In this document: positions 37,792 to 51,023 of the stretch, piece after piece
How positions within the stretch are numbered: the stretch's first letter is position 1
How the letters are laid out: every line of letters begins with the position of its first letter
Assembly: GCA_038087875.1 (NCBI GenBank)
Contig: JAXLNO010000599.1
Location: 1-64,000 of the forward strand
Direction: 5' to 3'
DNA from: Malacoraja senta
Lineage: Eukaryota
Length of the DNA stretch: 64,000 nucleotides
The notes under the pieces: generated by a model
The model's input: only the letters and a program-made list of their open reading frames with translations
Told to the model about the DNA's origin: nothing
The model's database searches: none
Made by a program: the position numbers and the translations under genes

Positions 37792-39244
37792 TCATTCTAC
37801 CTGGTATATAGATAGCTGAAATCCAAATGTTCTTTTCAATACACCAAGCCCAAAGTTGATTAACCATTTTGTCACAAGACACCGACTTAATTCCATATCA
37901 TTAATATAAACAACTACTGTTGTGTTATCAATTTGAACTTGAACATGCTTATTAGTTGTGTTAGAACAATAAGCTTGGAGCCCATAGAAACATCCTAGAA
38001 GCTCCAAATAGTTAATTCCCCATGTCTGCAGTAACAATGACTCTTCCTGATTCCATCTGCCTTCTCAGCTAGATGTTAAGTCAGTTGCACCCCATCCTGG
38101 TGCACTGGCATCAGTTTGTAATATCATGGAAGGTTGTTCAATCAGCACTTTGCTGGAACTGCTTGAGACATGTAGAATCCACCACTGCAGATCAGAAACA
38201 GCATTTGTTGTTAGTTGCATGGTTCTATCAAAATGACCAACATGCATTCTCGGTGCCTGTTCTTTAAGTCTCTGCAGCTGTTGCTAATGTAATGGTCTGA
38301 ATTGGACTGCTGGGAATGCTGCTACTAATTTTCCCAGTACACGAGCCACCTGTCTAATTGAAGGTTTTTGCTCGTTTAGGAGATTACTGCAATCTTTAAT
38401 CAAATCCACCCTTTACCCTGGGCAAAGTAATATTCATTTGGACTGAATCAATTGTGAACCCCAAATAATTAATAGAGGTACATGGTGTTAACCTAGATTT
38501 CTGTGGATGAATTAGAAACCCCAAATTTTCAAAAGTTGATTTCACAACTGCAACAGATACTTCTGTTGACTGTTTTGTCTTTCATATAAACAAGACATCA
38601 TCCAAATATGCCATTAGTACATGCCCCTGGCTACTCAGCAAGCCCAGAATTGTTTTAACAATTTTGTGAATATTCTGGGTGCAGATATTAACCCATTAGG
38701 CAGAGCTTTGAACTGCCACAACTGGTTCATCCATTTAAATTTAAGATACTTCCTATCTTCTGAATGAACAGACACTGAATAATATGCATCTTTCAAGTCT
38801 ATAGTTGCCATATAACATGCTTCTGAAATAAGCTGTTTGGCAGTCACAAATGTTTCCATTTTAAAATGTCTAAATTGCACAAAAGGATTCAGATTTATCA
38901 AATCTACAAGAATCCTACATCCTCCATCCTTTTCACACAAATTGGTGACTTTGGTAGACTGATTTTTCAATAACCCCTTTTTTATATAGGGTTTCAATTG
39001 CAACCTGAACCTCCATCACTTCTTTTTGTACAAAGTGCAGAGTTCGGCTAGGAACATGCTGAACAGGCAAATCATAATTTGGATTGAATTCAATTCGAAA
39101 TCCTTGTATATTATTCAGGATTACCACATCTGAAGTAATTTTCTTCCAATTATTATAGAAGAAATGTAACCTGCCTCCAACTTTTGGACTTAATCCAGTT
39201 AGTATGTTCCCATGAGAACCAGGTCCACCTACCTCTTGAGTCAT
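37792..39244 (-). pseudogene. DIRS RT/RNase H remnant
   Basis: VGGRLHFF..NW, GGCRILVDL, IDLKDAY and QTDAS, spread over several frameshifts. Confidence 0.85.
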
Positions 39245-41189
39245 TTGAGTACCCTAAGATTCCTGGGTTCTCCCGGAAGCACGCCCACTGGTTCTTGCTC
39301 CCGCTGCAGGCCGCCAACTACGTCCCTGCGTTGATGAGCGACTTGGTCCAGGATCCGTATGACGTCTGAAAGGATACTTCCTCTTTACAGACTTCACAAC
39401 CATTGATGTCTTCATCAATCCTGTTTTCGCTTCATCTTCCAACTCTTTAATACGTCTCCCGAGATCTCTCCAAAGAGTAAGTTGGGTAATTTGTATATTA
39501 CTTGGTTTGCAGAGTGCTGCGAATTTCGGATTCATAGTAGACCGTATAGCACTTCTCGAAGTGGGTGCTGCATAGCAACCCCAGTGCTTGCTGATGCAAC
39601 TTCGTCATCTTTTGGTTGTTACCTGCTATTCTGGTAAAAGCAGTTATTCCAGAACCCAGCAGCTTTAATATTCTCTGCAACTGATTCCAGATACTCTTGC
39701 AGTCTCATCCATTTCATGCTGTTCCAGCTAATGGTAAACCAAGTAATTTATTAAGGAGGCCAGTTCTTCCTAATGGCTCTCCTGACCCTGACGGGGCAGC
39801 GAATCCTACTACCAGGGGTGGAACATCTGGCAACTGCCTTTCATCGCCTTGTACAGCCTCACCATCAGAGTCGGGGTCTGAAATCTCATGACCCGTAGCA
39901 CGCTCCTCATTCCTGAGGGTGCATTCCATCAGCCCTGAGCCAGGTGCTGTTAAGCTGCTCCTGCAGCTTGGATTACAGTACACTCCTTCCTGAGTGAACT
40001 TTTGCTCCAACAACCTATGAAAAAGGCTTCTATTTGGGCAATACGCTCGAAAGCAGTATCTAGCCCTGTACCAGGAGCTGTTTGAGCTGTTTCCAGCAGC
40101 TTGGCTTTCAGAACACTCCTTCCTGAGTGAACTTTGCTCCAACAGCCTGTGTAAAAGGCTTTCTATTTGGGCAATACGCTCTAAAGCAGTATCTAGCCCT
40201 GGAGCTTCTTCATTGCCTGGGACTCCCTCCGTTGGGATTTAAACTTTGTCTTTTGCCCGACAGGCGCTGACTGTGTTTTCACCAGCCCCAGGTCCACAGT
40301 CGCTATGCTCACCGCTGGCGACTGTACCGGGGTTTAGAGGCGGTTGGTCTCTAACCGCGGACTCCCGACTTTCCCGACTTCTGTCGGCTATGTCGCTCGC
40401 CTCTTCCCCCTGTCCGTTTTTTCCCATGGCGTCTGTGGAAAAAATCGCCATAGACCCACAGTAAACGGACCTGGAAAACCTGTAAAAAAGTTTTTACTTA
40501 CCTTGTAGTTGAAAAACTACAAACCACTCGAGGAGCACTGCTCCTCACGTCCGTTTGCGTCAAAGCGTCTGACGTAATGACGCGCAGGCGCACTGACGGG
40601 CTTCTTCACGTAGTCACTCATGTGACTCCGAAGTAAAATAACTGAGTAGCCATGTTACCAGACCTGGTGGATTTCTTGGAAAGGGAAGTATGGTTCATGT
40701 TAGATCCACACCACGGGAGTATTCAAGATCATAAACCAATTGCAACTGTCAAAGGTTCTACCTTTACTAAAACTAAAGGAAGATCAGGACCTAAGGGGGG
40801 CAGTATTGCTTCCGCTATAATACCTGTGGAAACGACAGATGGAATTGAAGGAGATGTATCTACTATCAAGCAAAAAGGATTTTTTTGTTATGTGATGAAG
40901 TTGGTCACACCATAAGGTGATGTCGAAGATTCAAGAAGAAGGAATATAAAGAAAAGGTGGATTTCTTAAAGGACACATGGTTAAAGATTGTGAGAGTCCT
41001 ATAACTTGTGATAAGTGCAAGCAAGATCATCCTGAAGCACTTCACACTGGAAAGAAGCCACTGGAGCAAATAGAAGAGAAGAAGCCAGAGCAAATAGAAG
41101 AGAAGAAGCCGGAGCAAATAGAACGGAAGGAGAAGCCAGCTTCTAGTGATGCTGTCACCTCACCTCAGATAACTGCTCTATTGGGGCCG

Positions 41190-44110
41190 GGGTAGAAGCC
41201 TGTATCTTCTCTATCTTACCAGTACAGGTAAGGAATAGCAAGACGAATACAGTGTTGCAAACATATGCATTTTTGGATCATGGAAATTCGGCTACCTTTT
41301 GTACAGAAAGCTTGATGAGAAGGCTGGATATCACAGGAGAAGAGGTTAAGATTCTATTGCGTACCATGAATGAAGAGAAGGAGTGCGTTAGTCATTACAA
41401 GTATGGAAATATCTAGTCTGGAAGAAGATAATTTTATACCAATATCTGAAGTGTTTACACATGAGACCATGCCTGTTGGTCATCAAAATATACCCAGACA
41501 TGAGGACTTGAAACAATGGCCTTACTTGAAGGATGTCAAAATATCTAAAACAAATTCTGGTATTGACCTACTTATCGGAACGAATGCTTTGAAGGCATTG
41601 GAACCTATACAGATTGTGAGGAGCCAAGGTGATGGACCGTTTGCTGTAAAAACCCTACTAGAATGGGTTATTTATGGCTCCTTGAGAAGGAACAACGAAA
41701 GCGGGAACCAGAAGAATTACCCTGCCGCTGCCGTTAATCAAATATCTACTGGTAAATTAAAAAAGCTATTGATCAAGCAATACAATCTTGACTTTAATGA
41801 AAATACTAGTAAGGAATCTGAAGAAATGTCCAGGGAAGAGTTAAAATTCTTGGATATTATGAACTACTCAGCCAAGATGATAGATGGACACTATTGTCTG
41901 GACTTACCATTCAAACAAGAAAGTGTTAGTCTGCCGAATAATCGTCGTATGGCAGAGCAACGCACCCAGAATTTGAAACGTAAGTTTGGCAAGAATACAA
42001 AATTTCATGAGGAATATACATCATTCCTAAAGGATATGATTGACAATGATTATGCCGAAATGGTACCAACAAACGAACTGAATCGAAGTGATGGTGAGCT
42101 TTGGTACATTCCGCACCACGGGGTGTATCACTCGAAGAAAGGGACCTTGAGAGTGGTCTTTGACTGTGCTGCAATCTTCAATGGAACATCACTTAACAGT
42201 CAACTACTGCAAGGTCCAGACCTTACCAACTCATTGTTCTCATTAAATTCAGACAAGAACCAATTGCTTTGATGGCTGATATCAGAGCGATGTTTTATCA
42301 AGTTAAAGTATCAAAAAAAACACATTGACCACTTGCGATTCTTATGGTGGCCTGAAGGGGATGCACAACAAGATCTTGTTGAATACTGGATGAAGGTACA
42401 TCTCTTTGGAACAGTGTCATCACCAATTTGTGCGAACTTTGCGTTAAAGAAGACCGCAGAGGACAATAAAGTTCACTTTCCAGAAGAAGTGATATCCAAT
42501 TTGAAGAATAATTTCTATGTGGATGATTGCTTAAAATCCATGTCTACTGAGCAGGAAGCAATTCAAATGGTAAAACATCGGACTTCCCTCTGCAATAAGG
42601 GAGGATTCATGCTTTCCAAGTGGATCAGCAATAGTTGTGTTGTATTGGAAAGCATTCCACCAGATGATAGAGCCAAAGAGACCAGGGATTTGGATTTGGA
42701 TAAAGATAATTTGCCAATGGAAAGAGCACTGGGATTGCACTGGTGCGTTGAAACAGATGTGTTCAAATTTAGAATCTCGATTCAAGAGCGACCATGTACT
42801 AGAAGGGGTATCCTATCCTTGATTGGTTCAGTTTACGACCCTTTGGGATTTCTTGCACCATTTACACTGCCAGCCAAGTTGATTTTGCAGGATCTTTGTA
42901 AGGAAAAACTTGGATGTGATGAGAGTATAACACAAACTTCCTCTCACCGATGGACAGAATGGTTAGCAGATCTCAATAAGATCTCAGAATTCAAAGAGGA
43001 CCGGTGCATGAAGCTTTGGTAAGATCAGAGGTGCACAGCTGCATCATTTCTCAGATGCCAGTGAAAGTGGCTACGGTACTGTTTCATATCTAAGACTGGA
43101 AAATGATAACATGTTGCATTCTTTATGGGAAAGGCCAGCGTGGCACCATTGAAACAAATGACAATTCCCAGAATGGAACTTGCTGCCGCAGTCTTAGCTG
43201 TTAAAGTTGACATATTGCTGCAAAAGGATCTACAGCTTCAACTGGAAGAATCTATCTTCTGGGCCGATAGTACTACGGTGCTTAAATACTTCAACAATGA
43301 GAACAAACATTTCTTGACATTTGTAGCAAACAGAATCTCCTTTGTATTGGGAGCTACTAATATTTCACAATGGAAATATGTTAACACAAAAGAAAATCCT
43401 GTGGATGAAGCTTCTAGAGGACTAACAGCAGATCACTTCTTAAGCAATAAGAGATGGATCAATGGACCAGAGTTTCTCTGTAAGCCAGACAGAAAACGGC
43501 CAAAATTTGAGCTGGGATTTGAAATCTCTGCTAATGATCTGGAAATTAAACAAAACATCACAGTGAAGAATATTGCTAAAGATTCATCAAACAAACAATT
43601 GATTTAATTACCCACTTTTCATCATGGAATAAGTTGGTGACCTTGGGAGCTTGGTTTCTTAAACGAAAAACAAGGTTATTGCTCTTTGCTCAAAAAAGGA
43701 GAGATTACTGAAGGTATCTTTGAAGAAGATCCTGAAATACTGAAGGAAAGGGTTGGAAAGAAGATGCAAGTTTTTAAGGCATCGTACGACGTACAGGTTT
43801 ACATCTTGATGATCTCAAAGCAGAAGATGCGATTATCTCTTTCTGTCAAAGACAGAAATACAAAGAAGACATATCGATGTTAGAGGTTGGAGTACATGGT
43901 GTCAAAATAAACAGTCAATTGTACAAGCTTGACCCAGTATTGGAGGAAGGACTTCTGAGGGTGGGTGGTCGCCTAAATAGATTGGCAATGCCTGAAGAGG
44001 CAAAACATCCTAATATTCTCTCGAAGGATTTTCACACTTCAACATTATTGTTATAACATTTTCATGAATTGATCGTTCATGGAGGAAGAAGTTTCATGCT
44101 GTCAAAACTT
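41190..44110 (+). pseudogene. BEL/Pao pol remnant (protease, RT, RNase H)
   Basis: YAFLD, IDLLIG, WYIPHHGV, LRVVFDCAA, LLQGPDLTN, FYVDD, VYDPLG and TIPRMEL. Confidence 0.9.
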
Positions 44111-44861
44111 TGGACTTTTGTGTTTTGGACTATATACTGGGTATCATGCCTGATGTTAAGGGTTTGGTGCGCACAGTATGACTTCAAACTAAGAACAATG
44201 TTTTAATAAGACCAATAACCAAGTTATGATTGCTTCTAGAAGGTGAAGGTGAAGAAGCATGGATGGATGGCATAGTTTTTGACCATGTCAGGGCATTCTA
44301 CCATTTCGGAGCCACATGCCGGAGTTTGACTACGAGTAAGATTAACATGTATTTAAACAGGAAGAAGTTTGGATGAATATTTCACTGTTTTACTTCGACA
44401 ATAAAGAAACTATTAATCAAGAGACTGTGTTTTGAAGATTTATCTTTGAACGGCTTTGAATGTCTCGTGGAGAGCTCCCATGCATAATGACGCTATCTCC
44501 TTACCCCCCTTGTCTTCAACATAGTGGCTAGAGGGAAAAAATCCTTGAACGATATAATAATCTGCCACTATATCCGCTGCCTTCCTAATCATTTCCTGCA
44601 CTTGCGTTTGATTTCCACTGACTTGTATACAAGCACACCAAGGTTCCTTTGAAACCAATCTTGCACCATTTAAAAATACTCTGATTTTTGTGCACCAATA
44701 TAGATGACGCAATATTTTTTACATTAAATTGCACCTTCCACGTTCTTGACCAATAACTCAGCTTGTTTACATGCATTGAAATTTCACAACCTTCTCCATT
44801 CTCATGATCCCATCTAGTTTTGTATCACCAGTAAATCTGGAAATATAATATTGTTTATTCC

Positions 44862-47228
44862 TCATGAGTTCTTCATTAGGATGGAGAGTGACATAGTTAA
44901 TTCAGAAACAAGGGTTCTGAACTTAAAGAAAGATAACTTTGAGGGTATGAGACGTGAATTGGCCAAGATAGACTGGCAATTGATTCTTAAAGGGTTGACG
45001 GTGGATATGCAATGGAAGGCATTTAAAGACCGCATGGATGAAATACAACAATTGTTCATCCCAGTTCGGCAAAAGAATAAATCAGGGAAGGTAGTGCATC
45101 CGTGGATAACAAGGGAAATCAGGGATAGTATCAAAACAAACGATGAAGCATACAAATTAGCCAGAAAAAGCAGCCTACCAGAGGACTGGGAGAAATTCAG
45201 AGTCCAGCAGAGGAGGACAAAGGGCTTAATTAGGAAAGGGAAAATGGATTATGAAAGAAAACTGGCAGGGAACATAAAAACTGACTGCAAAGGCTTTTAT
45301 TGATATGTGAAGAGAAAAAGATTAGTTAAAACAAATGTAGGTCCCTTGCAGTCAGAAACAGGTGAATTGATCATGGGGAACAAGGACATGGCAGACCAAT
45401 TGAATAACTACTTTGGTTCTGTCTTCACTAAGGAAGGCATAAATAATCTGCCGGAAATAGCAGGGGACCGGGGGTCAAATGAGATGGAGGAACTGAGTGA
45501 AATCCAGGTTAGTCAGGAAGTGGTGTTGGGTAAATTGAATGGATTAAAGGCCGATAAGTCTCCATGGCCAGATAGGCTGCATCCCAGAGTGCTTAAGGAA
45601 GTAGCCCCAGAAATCGTGGATGCATTAGTGATCATTTTTCAAAATTCTTTAGATTCTGGAGTAATTCCTGAGGATTGGAGGGTAGCTAATGTAACCCCAC
45701 TTTTTAAAAAGGGAGGTAGAGAGAAAATGGAGAATTACAGACCAGTTAGTCTAACATCGGTAGTGGGGAAAATGCTAGTCAGTTATTAAAGATGGGATAG
45801 CAGCACATTTGGAAAGTGGTGAAATCATTGGATAAAGTCAGCATGGATTTATGAAAGGTAAATTATGTCTGACGAATCTTATAGAATTTTTCGAGGATGT
45901 AACTAGTAGAGTGGATAAGGGAGAACTAGTGGATGTGTTATATCTGGACTTTCAGAAGGCTTTCGACAAGGTCCCACATAAGAGATTAGTGTGCAAACTT
46001 AAAGCACACGGTATTGGGGGTCAGTATTGATGTGGATAGAGAACTGGCTGGCAGACAGGAAGCAAAGAGTAGGAGTAAACGGGTCCTTTTCAGAATGGCA
46101 GGCAGTGACTAGTGGGGTACCGTAAGGCTCAGTGCTGGGACCGCAGCTATTTACAATATTTGGATGAGGGGATTGAATGCAACATCTCCAAGTTTGCGGA
46201 TGACACGAAGCTGGGGGGCAGTGTTAGCTGTGAGGAGGATGCTAGGAGGCTGCAAGGTGACTTGGATAGGTTGGGTGAGTGGGCAAATGCATGACAGATG
46301 CAGTATAATGTGGATAAATATGAGGTTATCCACTTTGGTTGCAAGAACAGAAAAGTAGACTATTATCTGAATGGTGGCCGATTAGGAAAAGGGGAGATGC
46401 AACGAGACCTGGGTGTCATGGTACACCAGTCATTGAAAGTAATAATAATAATAATGGATGGGATTTATATAGCGCCTTTCTAATACTCAAGGCGCTTGAG
46501 GGAGGCCTTGAGTATTAGAAAGACGCTATATATAGGGTAGGCATGCAGGTGCAGCAGGCAGTGAAGAAAGCGAATGGTATGTTAGCATTCTTAGCAAAAG
46601 GATTTGAATATAGGAGCAGGGAGGTTCTACTGCAGTTGTACAGGGCCTTGGTGAGACCACACCTGGAGTATTGCGTACAGTTTTGGTCTCCTAATCTGAA
46701 GAAAGACATTCTTGCCATAGAGGGAGTACAGAGAAGGTTCACCAGACTGATTCCTGCGATGGCAGGACTTTCATATGAAGAAAGACTGGATAGACTCGGT
46801 TTGTACTCGCTAGAATTTAGAAGATTGAGGGGGGATCTTATAGAAGCTTACAAAATTCTTAAGGGGTTGGACAGGCTAGATGCAGGAAGATTGTTCCCGA
46901 TGTTGGGGAAGTCCAGAACAAGGGGTCACAGTTTAAGGATAAGGGGGAAGTCTTTTGGGACCGAGATGAGAAAAAAAATTTCACACAGAGAGTGGTGAAT
47001 CTGTGGAATTCTCTGCCACAGAAAGTAGTTGAGGCCAGTTCATTGGCTATATTTAAGAGGGAGTTAGATGTGGCCCTTGTGGCTAAAGGGATCAGGGGGT
47101 ATGGAGAGAAGGCAGGTACAGGATACTGAGTTGGATGTTCAGCCATGATCATATTGAATGGCGGTGCAGGCTCGAAGGGCCGAATGGCCTACTCCTGCAC
47201 CTATTTACTATGTTTCTATGTTTCTATC
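44862..47228 (+). mobile_element. CR1 LINE, 5' truncated, ORF2 with stops and frameshifts
   Basis: NYRPVSLTSV, KFADDTKLGG and RPHLEYCVQFWSP, with a (CTATGTTT)n tail. Confidence 0.92.
46441..46536 (-). mobile_element. Short foldback insert resembling an L2-type 3' tail, inside the CR1 RT
   Basis: The minus strand ends GAAAGGCGCTATATAAATCCCATCC(ATT)n. 28-bp inverted arms at 46466-46493 / 46505-46532. Confidence 0.6.
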
Positions 47229-47569
47229 ATCTTGCTTCTTTTCTTAGAGCAGGCACTTGTCCAATCAGTTATTTTCCTCTCTGTCAACAACCTTTCAGTG
47301 CTGCACTATCCTGCTTTCCTCCCCACTTTAAGTCAATTGCGATTCACTAAAAAATTGATTGTTAACTACCAATTCTTTAGTAACTACAACTTCTTTGGTA
47401 ATTACACAAAAAGAATTTTTTGAGAAAGAAATTGAAACTTTCAACCTTTTGCTTTATTCTTACAATCATAGCAGAACAGGCTGCTCTTCATTCAAGCATC
47501 ATCAAAAGCAATGTAAGAAAAAGAAAAAACATGCCCGGAGAACAATTCATTTAGCTAAAGATTATTTTG

Positions 47570-48255
47570 GAGTCACAGAATCATGCAGCATAGAAACAGT
47601 CCCTTGCCCATGCTGACCATGATGCCTCATCTACACTAGTCCCATCTGCTTGCATTTGGCCCATATCCCTCTGAACCTTTCCTATCTATATATCTGTCCA
47701 AATGTCTTTTAAATGTTGTTATAGAACCTGTCTCAACTTCCTTCTCTGGCAGCTCGTTCCATATACCCTCCATCCTCTGTGTGAAAAAGATGCCCCTCAG
47801 GTTCCTATTAAATCTTTCCCCTCTCACCTTAAATCTATATCCTCTGGTTCTTGATTCCCCTACTCTAGATAAAAAACTTTCTGCATCTACCTTATCTATT
47901 CCCCTCATGACATTATACATCTCTATAAGATCACCCCTCATCCTCCTGAGCTCCAAGTATTAAAGTCCTAGCCTGCTCAACCTCTCCCTATAGCTCAGGC
48001 CCTCAAGTACTGTCCACATCCTCGTAAATCTCTGCACTATTTCCAGTTTAACAACATTTTTCCGATAACACACAATACTCCAAATGTGGCCTCACCAAGT
48101 CTTGTAACATAACATCCTAACTTCTATACTCACTACCGTGACTGATGTCCAATGTGTCAACAGCCTTCTTGACCGCCTTATCTACCTGTGATGCCACTTT
48201 CAAGAAACAATGTTCCTGCACCCCTATCCACAACACTCCCCAGAGCACTGCCATT
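47570..48255 (-). mobile_element. CR1 3' fragment
   Basis: ORF 47636-47956 with RRMRGDLIE and FFTQR..WNELP. Confidence 0.85.
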
Positions 48256-50027
48256 TGAACTTTTTTCCCTATGCAACTGTTTTATAGTGTAACTAATAAA
48301 GGTGTACATTTATAAAAAATGCAAAATGGAAGTCATTACCACACTAGTTTTAATTTGTTAAAATCGGCAGCAGAAAAAGAAAGGAGGTTATTTTGCAAAA
48401 GCACAAAGTAAAAGTCAACTCTTTCTTTCCATGAATACGCTAGGTACTTGACCATAGCAACATAACTATTATAAAATGTAGTGGGTGCCTCATTCTCACT
48501 TTGATATGTGGTCTTTCCCTTGATCACTCTTTTTTTATTTTGTCTCTGACTGACACATTTTCCTCATTTTTCTGCATTCCTGTTTTGAATGCAAATTGAG
48601 AGAAAAGTTAACAAAGTTATATATTTGCAATTCGACATGAATGGAAAATGCATTTCTATTGTCTTTCTTATCTTTATTGCATGAAACAGTTTTGAATATA
48701 TTTACTTGTGCAGTAATTTTTAATATATCTCTTCTGAGTTTCATATTTACATAACAGGTTTTCTTCATTTATTTAAATTCAGGAAAAACTATGAATGGTT
48801 CTGATTGTTTCAGGATAGGGTTAAATGTTTTTGGGCAAGGTCAAATGTCATGCTGCACGGAAAGAGTTACCATCCAGTGCTTTATAGTGCATCCCAAAAG
48901 TTTAAAGACGTTTGTCGAGAATGAATAAATGAAAGTAAAACAAAACCAGGAAGGACTTGGCAAAAAAGGTTTCATTTATATTTTGTAATATAATATTCTG
49001 GTTCTTGTTTTATTTTAAAATTTGCTTTGAAGTTACGATAGGAGAGATACATTTTCAGAAGAAAGACTTTGCTGGCCCCAATGACATATGGATTACTTAA
49101 CAAAGCATGTTTCTTAACTGTACTTCAGCATTTTCCTCACATTATGGGATATGTTTCTGTTGGATGAACCTTAATGTTTGCAATTTATTCCATTCCCCTG
49201 CTTTTTCCCCTTAGCTCAACAAATGGTTCTCTAGTACCTTCCATGTCCTCTTTGTACACATCAGTTGAATACATTGCCAAATCTCTATAGGCAGGAATTC
49301 CAAGTCTACTTTCTGATTTAAAATCTGTTTCTATACCTAACTTTGTATATTTTGTTCAAAATTATAATTCTGTCCTCAAACCAGCTGCTAAAATGATTAA
49401 TTTATCTCATCTACACCAGCCACAATTTGTGTTAACCTTCTTTGCAGCACAGAGAACAATCCCAGCATCTCTATCCCCTTTACTGAAGTCCCTCATCTCT
49501 GGATTATTCTAATAAATCTCATCTGCATCTTCACTTTTTTTCCATTACACCACTGACCAGAATCGAATGCTATTTTGTAGTTGTGAGTTAATACGTGCTA
49601 TTCACTTTTTCAATACAACTTCCCTGTTTTTGTCATTTCTTTATGAATACCAGGATCTCATTGTCTTAAATTAACCACTCTATTATTATGTTCTTTTATT
49701 TTTATGGTTTTATACATGGCAGATAAGCCTGTCGGGAGTGGCTGGTTTTGAGGGAGGCTGTGTGTTAATGTGAAGTGCTGTGCTTTGAGGGTAAGTATTG
49801 AGGATTTGACTCAAAAGGCTTCAGCAAAGATGCTGAGCTCCGGTTGCGACATGCTCTGCTAGCAGTCGCAAACTTTTTAGCTCCGCTGAAAAAAATCGCG
49901 ATTTTTCGCGTTAAAATCGGGTCTGGAGGTCGGGACCGTTTTTAAAAACTTACCGGAGCTTCATGTCGCGGTGCTGATGACGTCATCAGTAAGCGCCGCG
50001 ATTTTAACGGAGGGAAAGTCATTTTAA

Positions 50028-51023
50028 ATGAAAAGTACATCTCCAGGTCAGAGCCCACAGAGGAAAATCTCAAAACATCTGCTGAAGACTCTGGAACAGC
50101 AAGAAACTTCAGAACTGACCTCTGGAGAGGTCTCTGGAATGGCTACTCGATCTGCAAAAGAGAAAATCGAAATGGAGGACTTAAGAAACTCGGTAAGAGA
50201 TATCAAAAATGATATGGAAGCTGGGAACAGTAAATTGATAGCCGGTAATGATAAAATACTTGAGGGTATTGAGGCTCTCCAAAAAAGAATTGAAGGTGTG
50301 GAAAAAGGACTATCGATAAAAATTGAAAAGGTGGCAGAAGAGACCACAAAGATGTTTGAGGCTGTGCACGAAACTGTGGCTGCAAATGCATCTGCAGTGA
50401 ATGATTTGGAAGCTGCTGTGGAAGTGATGGCTGGAGAGATGCAGACTATGAAGTCAGAAATAGATAGTCTCAAGAACCAAGTCACAAAGGTTTCGAATAA
50501 ATGTGTTGACCTAGAAGCTCGCTCAAGACGCCAAAATATAAGAATACGTGGTGTAAAAGAGGGAGCTGAGGGGGACAATGTTTGTGAGTTCGCTGCCAAC
50601 CTAATTAAACACGTACTGAAGCTACCAGAAGTACCTGTAATTGAAGTAGCACATCGACTCCCCAGATTTAAATCAAGATCTCAAGGAGAACGTGCCTACC
50701 CACGACAGATCATAATTAAACTTCGGGATATCTCAACAATGGAAGCGCTGATGAAAAAAATCAACCACGGAGAGAAGATGATGTACAGAGGTGATACTAT
50801 TAAACTCCTACGGGACTACCCTTATGAGATTGAGCAAAAGAGAAGAAAGTTCTCACAGACCAGAGAAGTTCTTTATGGTGTTAAGGGAGTTTTGTGTGGA
50901 GTGTTTTATCCGGCTAGAATGCGTATCACCTTTGAGGGAGTGTCAAAAACATTCACTAATTCGGATGAATCTCTCAAATACGCTCAAGAAATCGCGACTA
51001 AGGCTGCATCAACTGGAGATTGA
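50028..51023 (+). CDS. L1 ORF1p (coiled coil + RRM/CTD RNA-binding protein)
   Basis: 331-aa uninterrupted ORF with DLEARSRRQNIRIRGVKE, IEVAHR, PRQIIIKL and YPARMRI. Confidence 0.92.
   Translation: MKSTSPGQSPQRKISKHLLKTLEQQETSELTSGEVSGMATRSAKEKIEMEDLRNSVRDIKNDMEAGNSKLIAGNDKILEGIEALQKRIEGVEKGLSIKIEKVAEETTKMFEAVHETVAANASAVNDLEAAVEVMAGEMQTMKSEIDSLKNQVTKVSNKCVDLEARSRRQNIRIRGVKEGAEGDNVCEFAANLIKHVLKLPEVPVIEVAHRLPRFKSRSQGERAYPRQIIIKLRDISTMEALMKKINHGEKMMYRGDTIKLLRDYPYEIEQKRRKFSQTREVLYGVKGVLCGVFYPARMRITFEGVSKTFTNSDESLKYAQEIATKAASTGD

Larger units (their letters stand above)
36580..40640 (-). mobile_element. DIRS1-type tyrosine-recombinase retrotransposon, internally deleted
   Basis: ITRs 36654-36688 / 40578-40612 and ICR 36812-36925 complementary to both termini. 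Remnants of gag, RT (HFKMETF, IDLKDAYYSV, LPNGLISAPRIFTK), RNaseH (LQTDAS, INYLELL, IDNTT) and YR (SHST, AGWS, FYHRP). Confidence 0.93.
33749..44572 (+). mobile_element. BEL/Pao LTR retrotransposon, degenerate, interrupted by a DIRS element
   Basis: 5' LTR 33749-34228 (TGTAGTGGC...GCCACTATA), partial 3' LTR ~44251-44572, TSD TCCGC (33744-33748, 44573-44577). Contains gag, protease, RT and RNaseH remnants; most of the integrase is deleted. Inserted in an old CR1. Confidence 0.93.
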
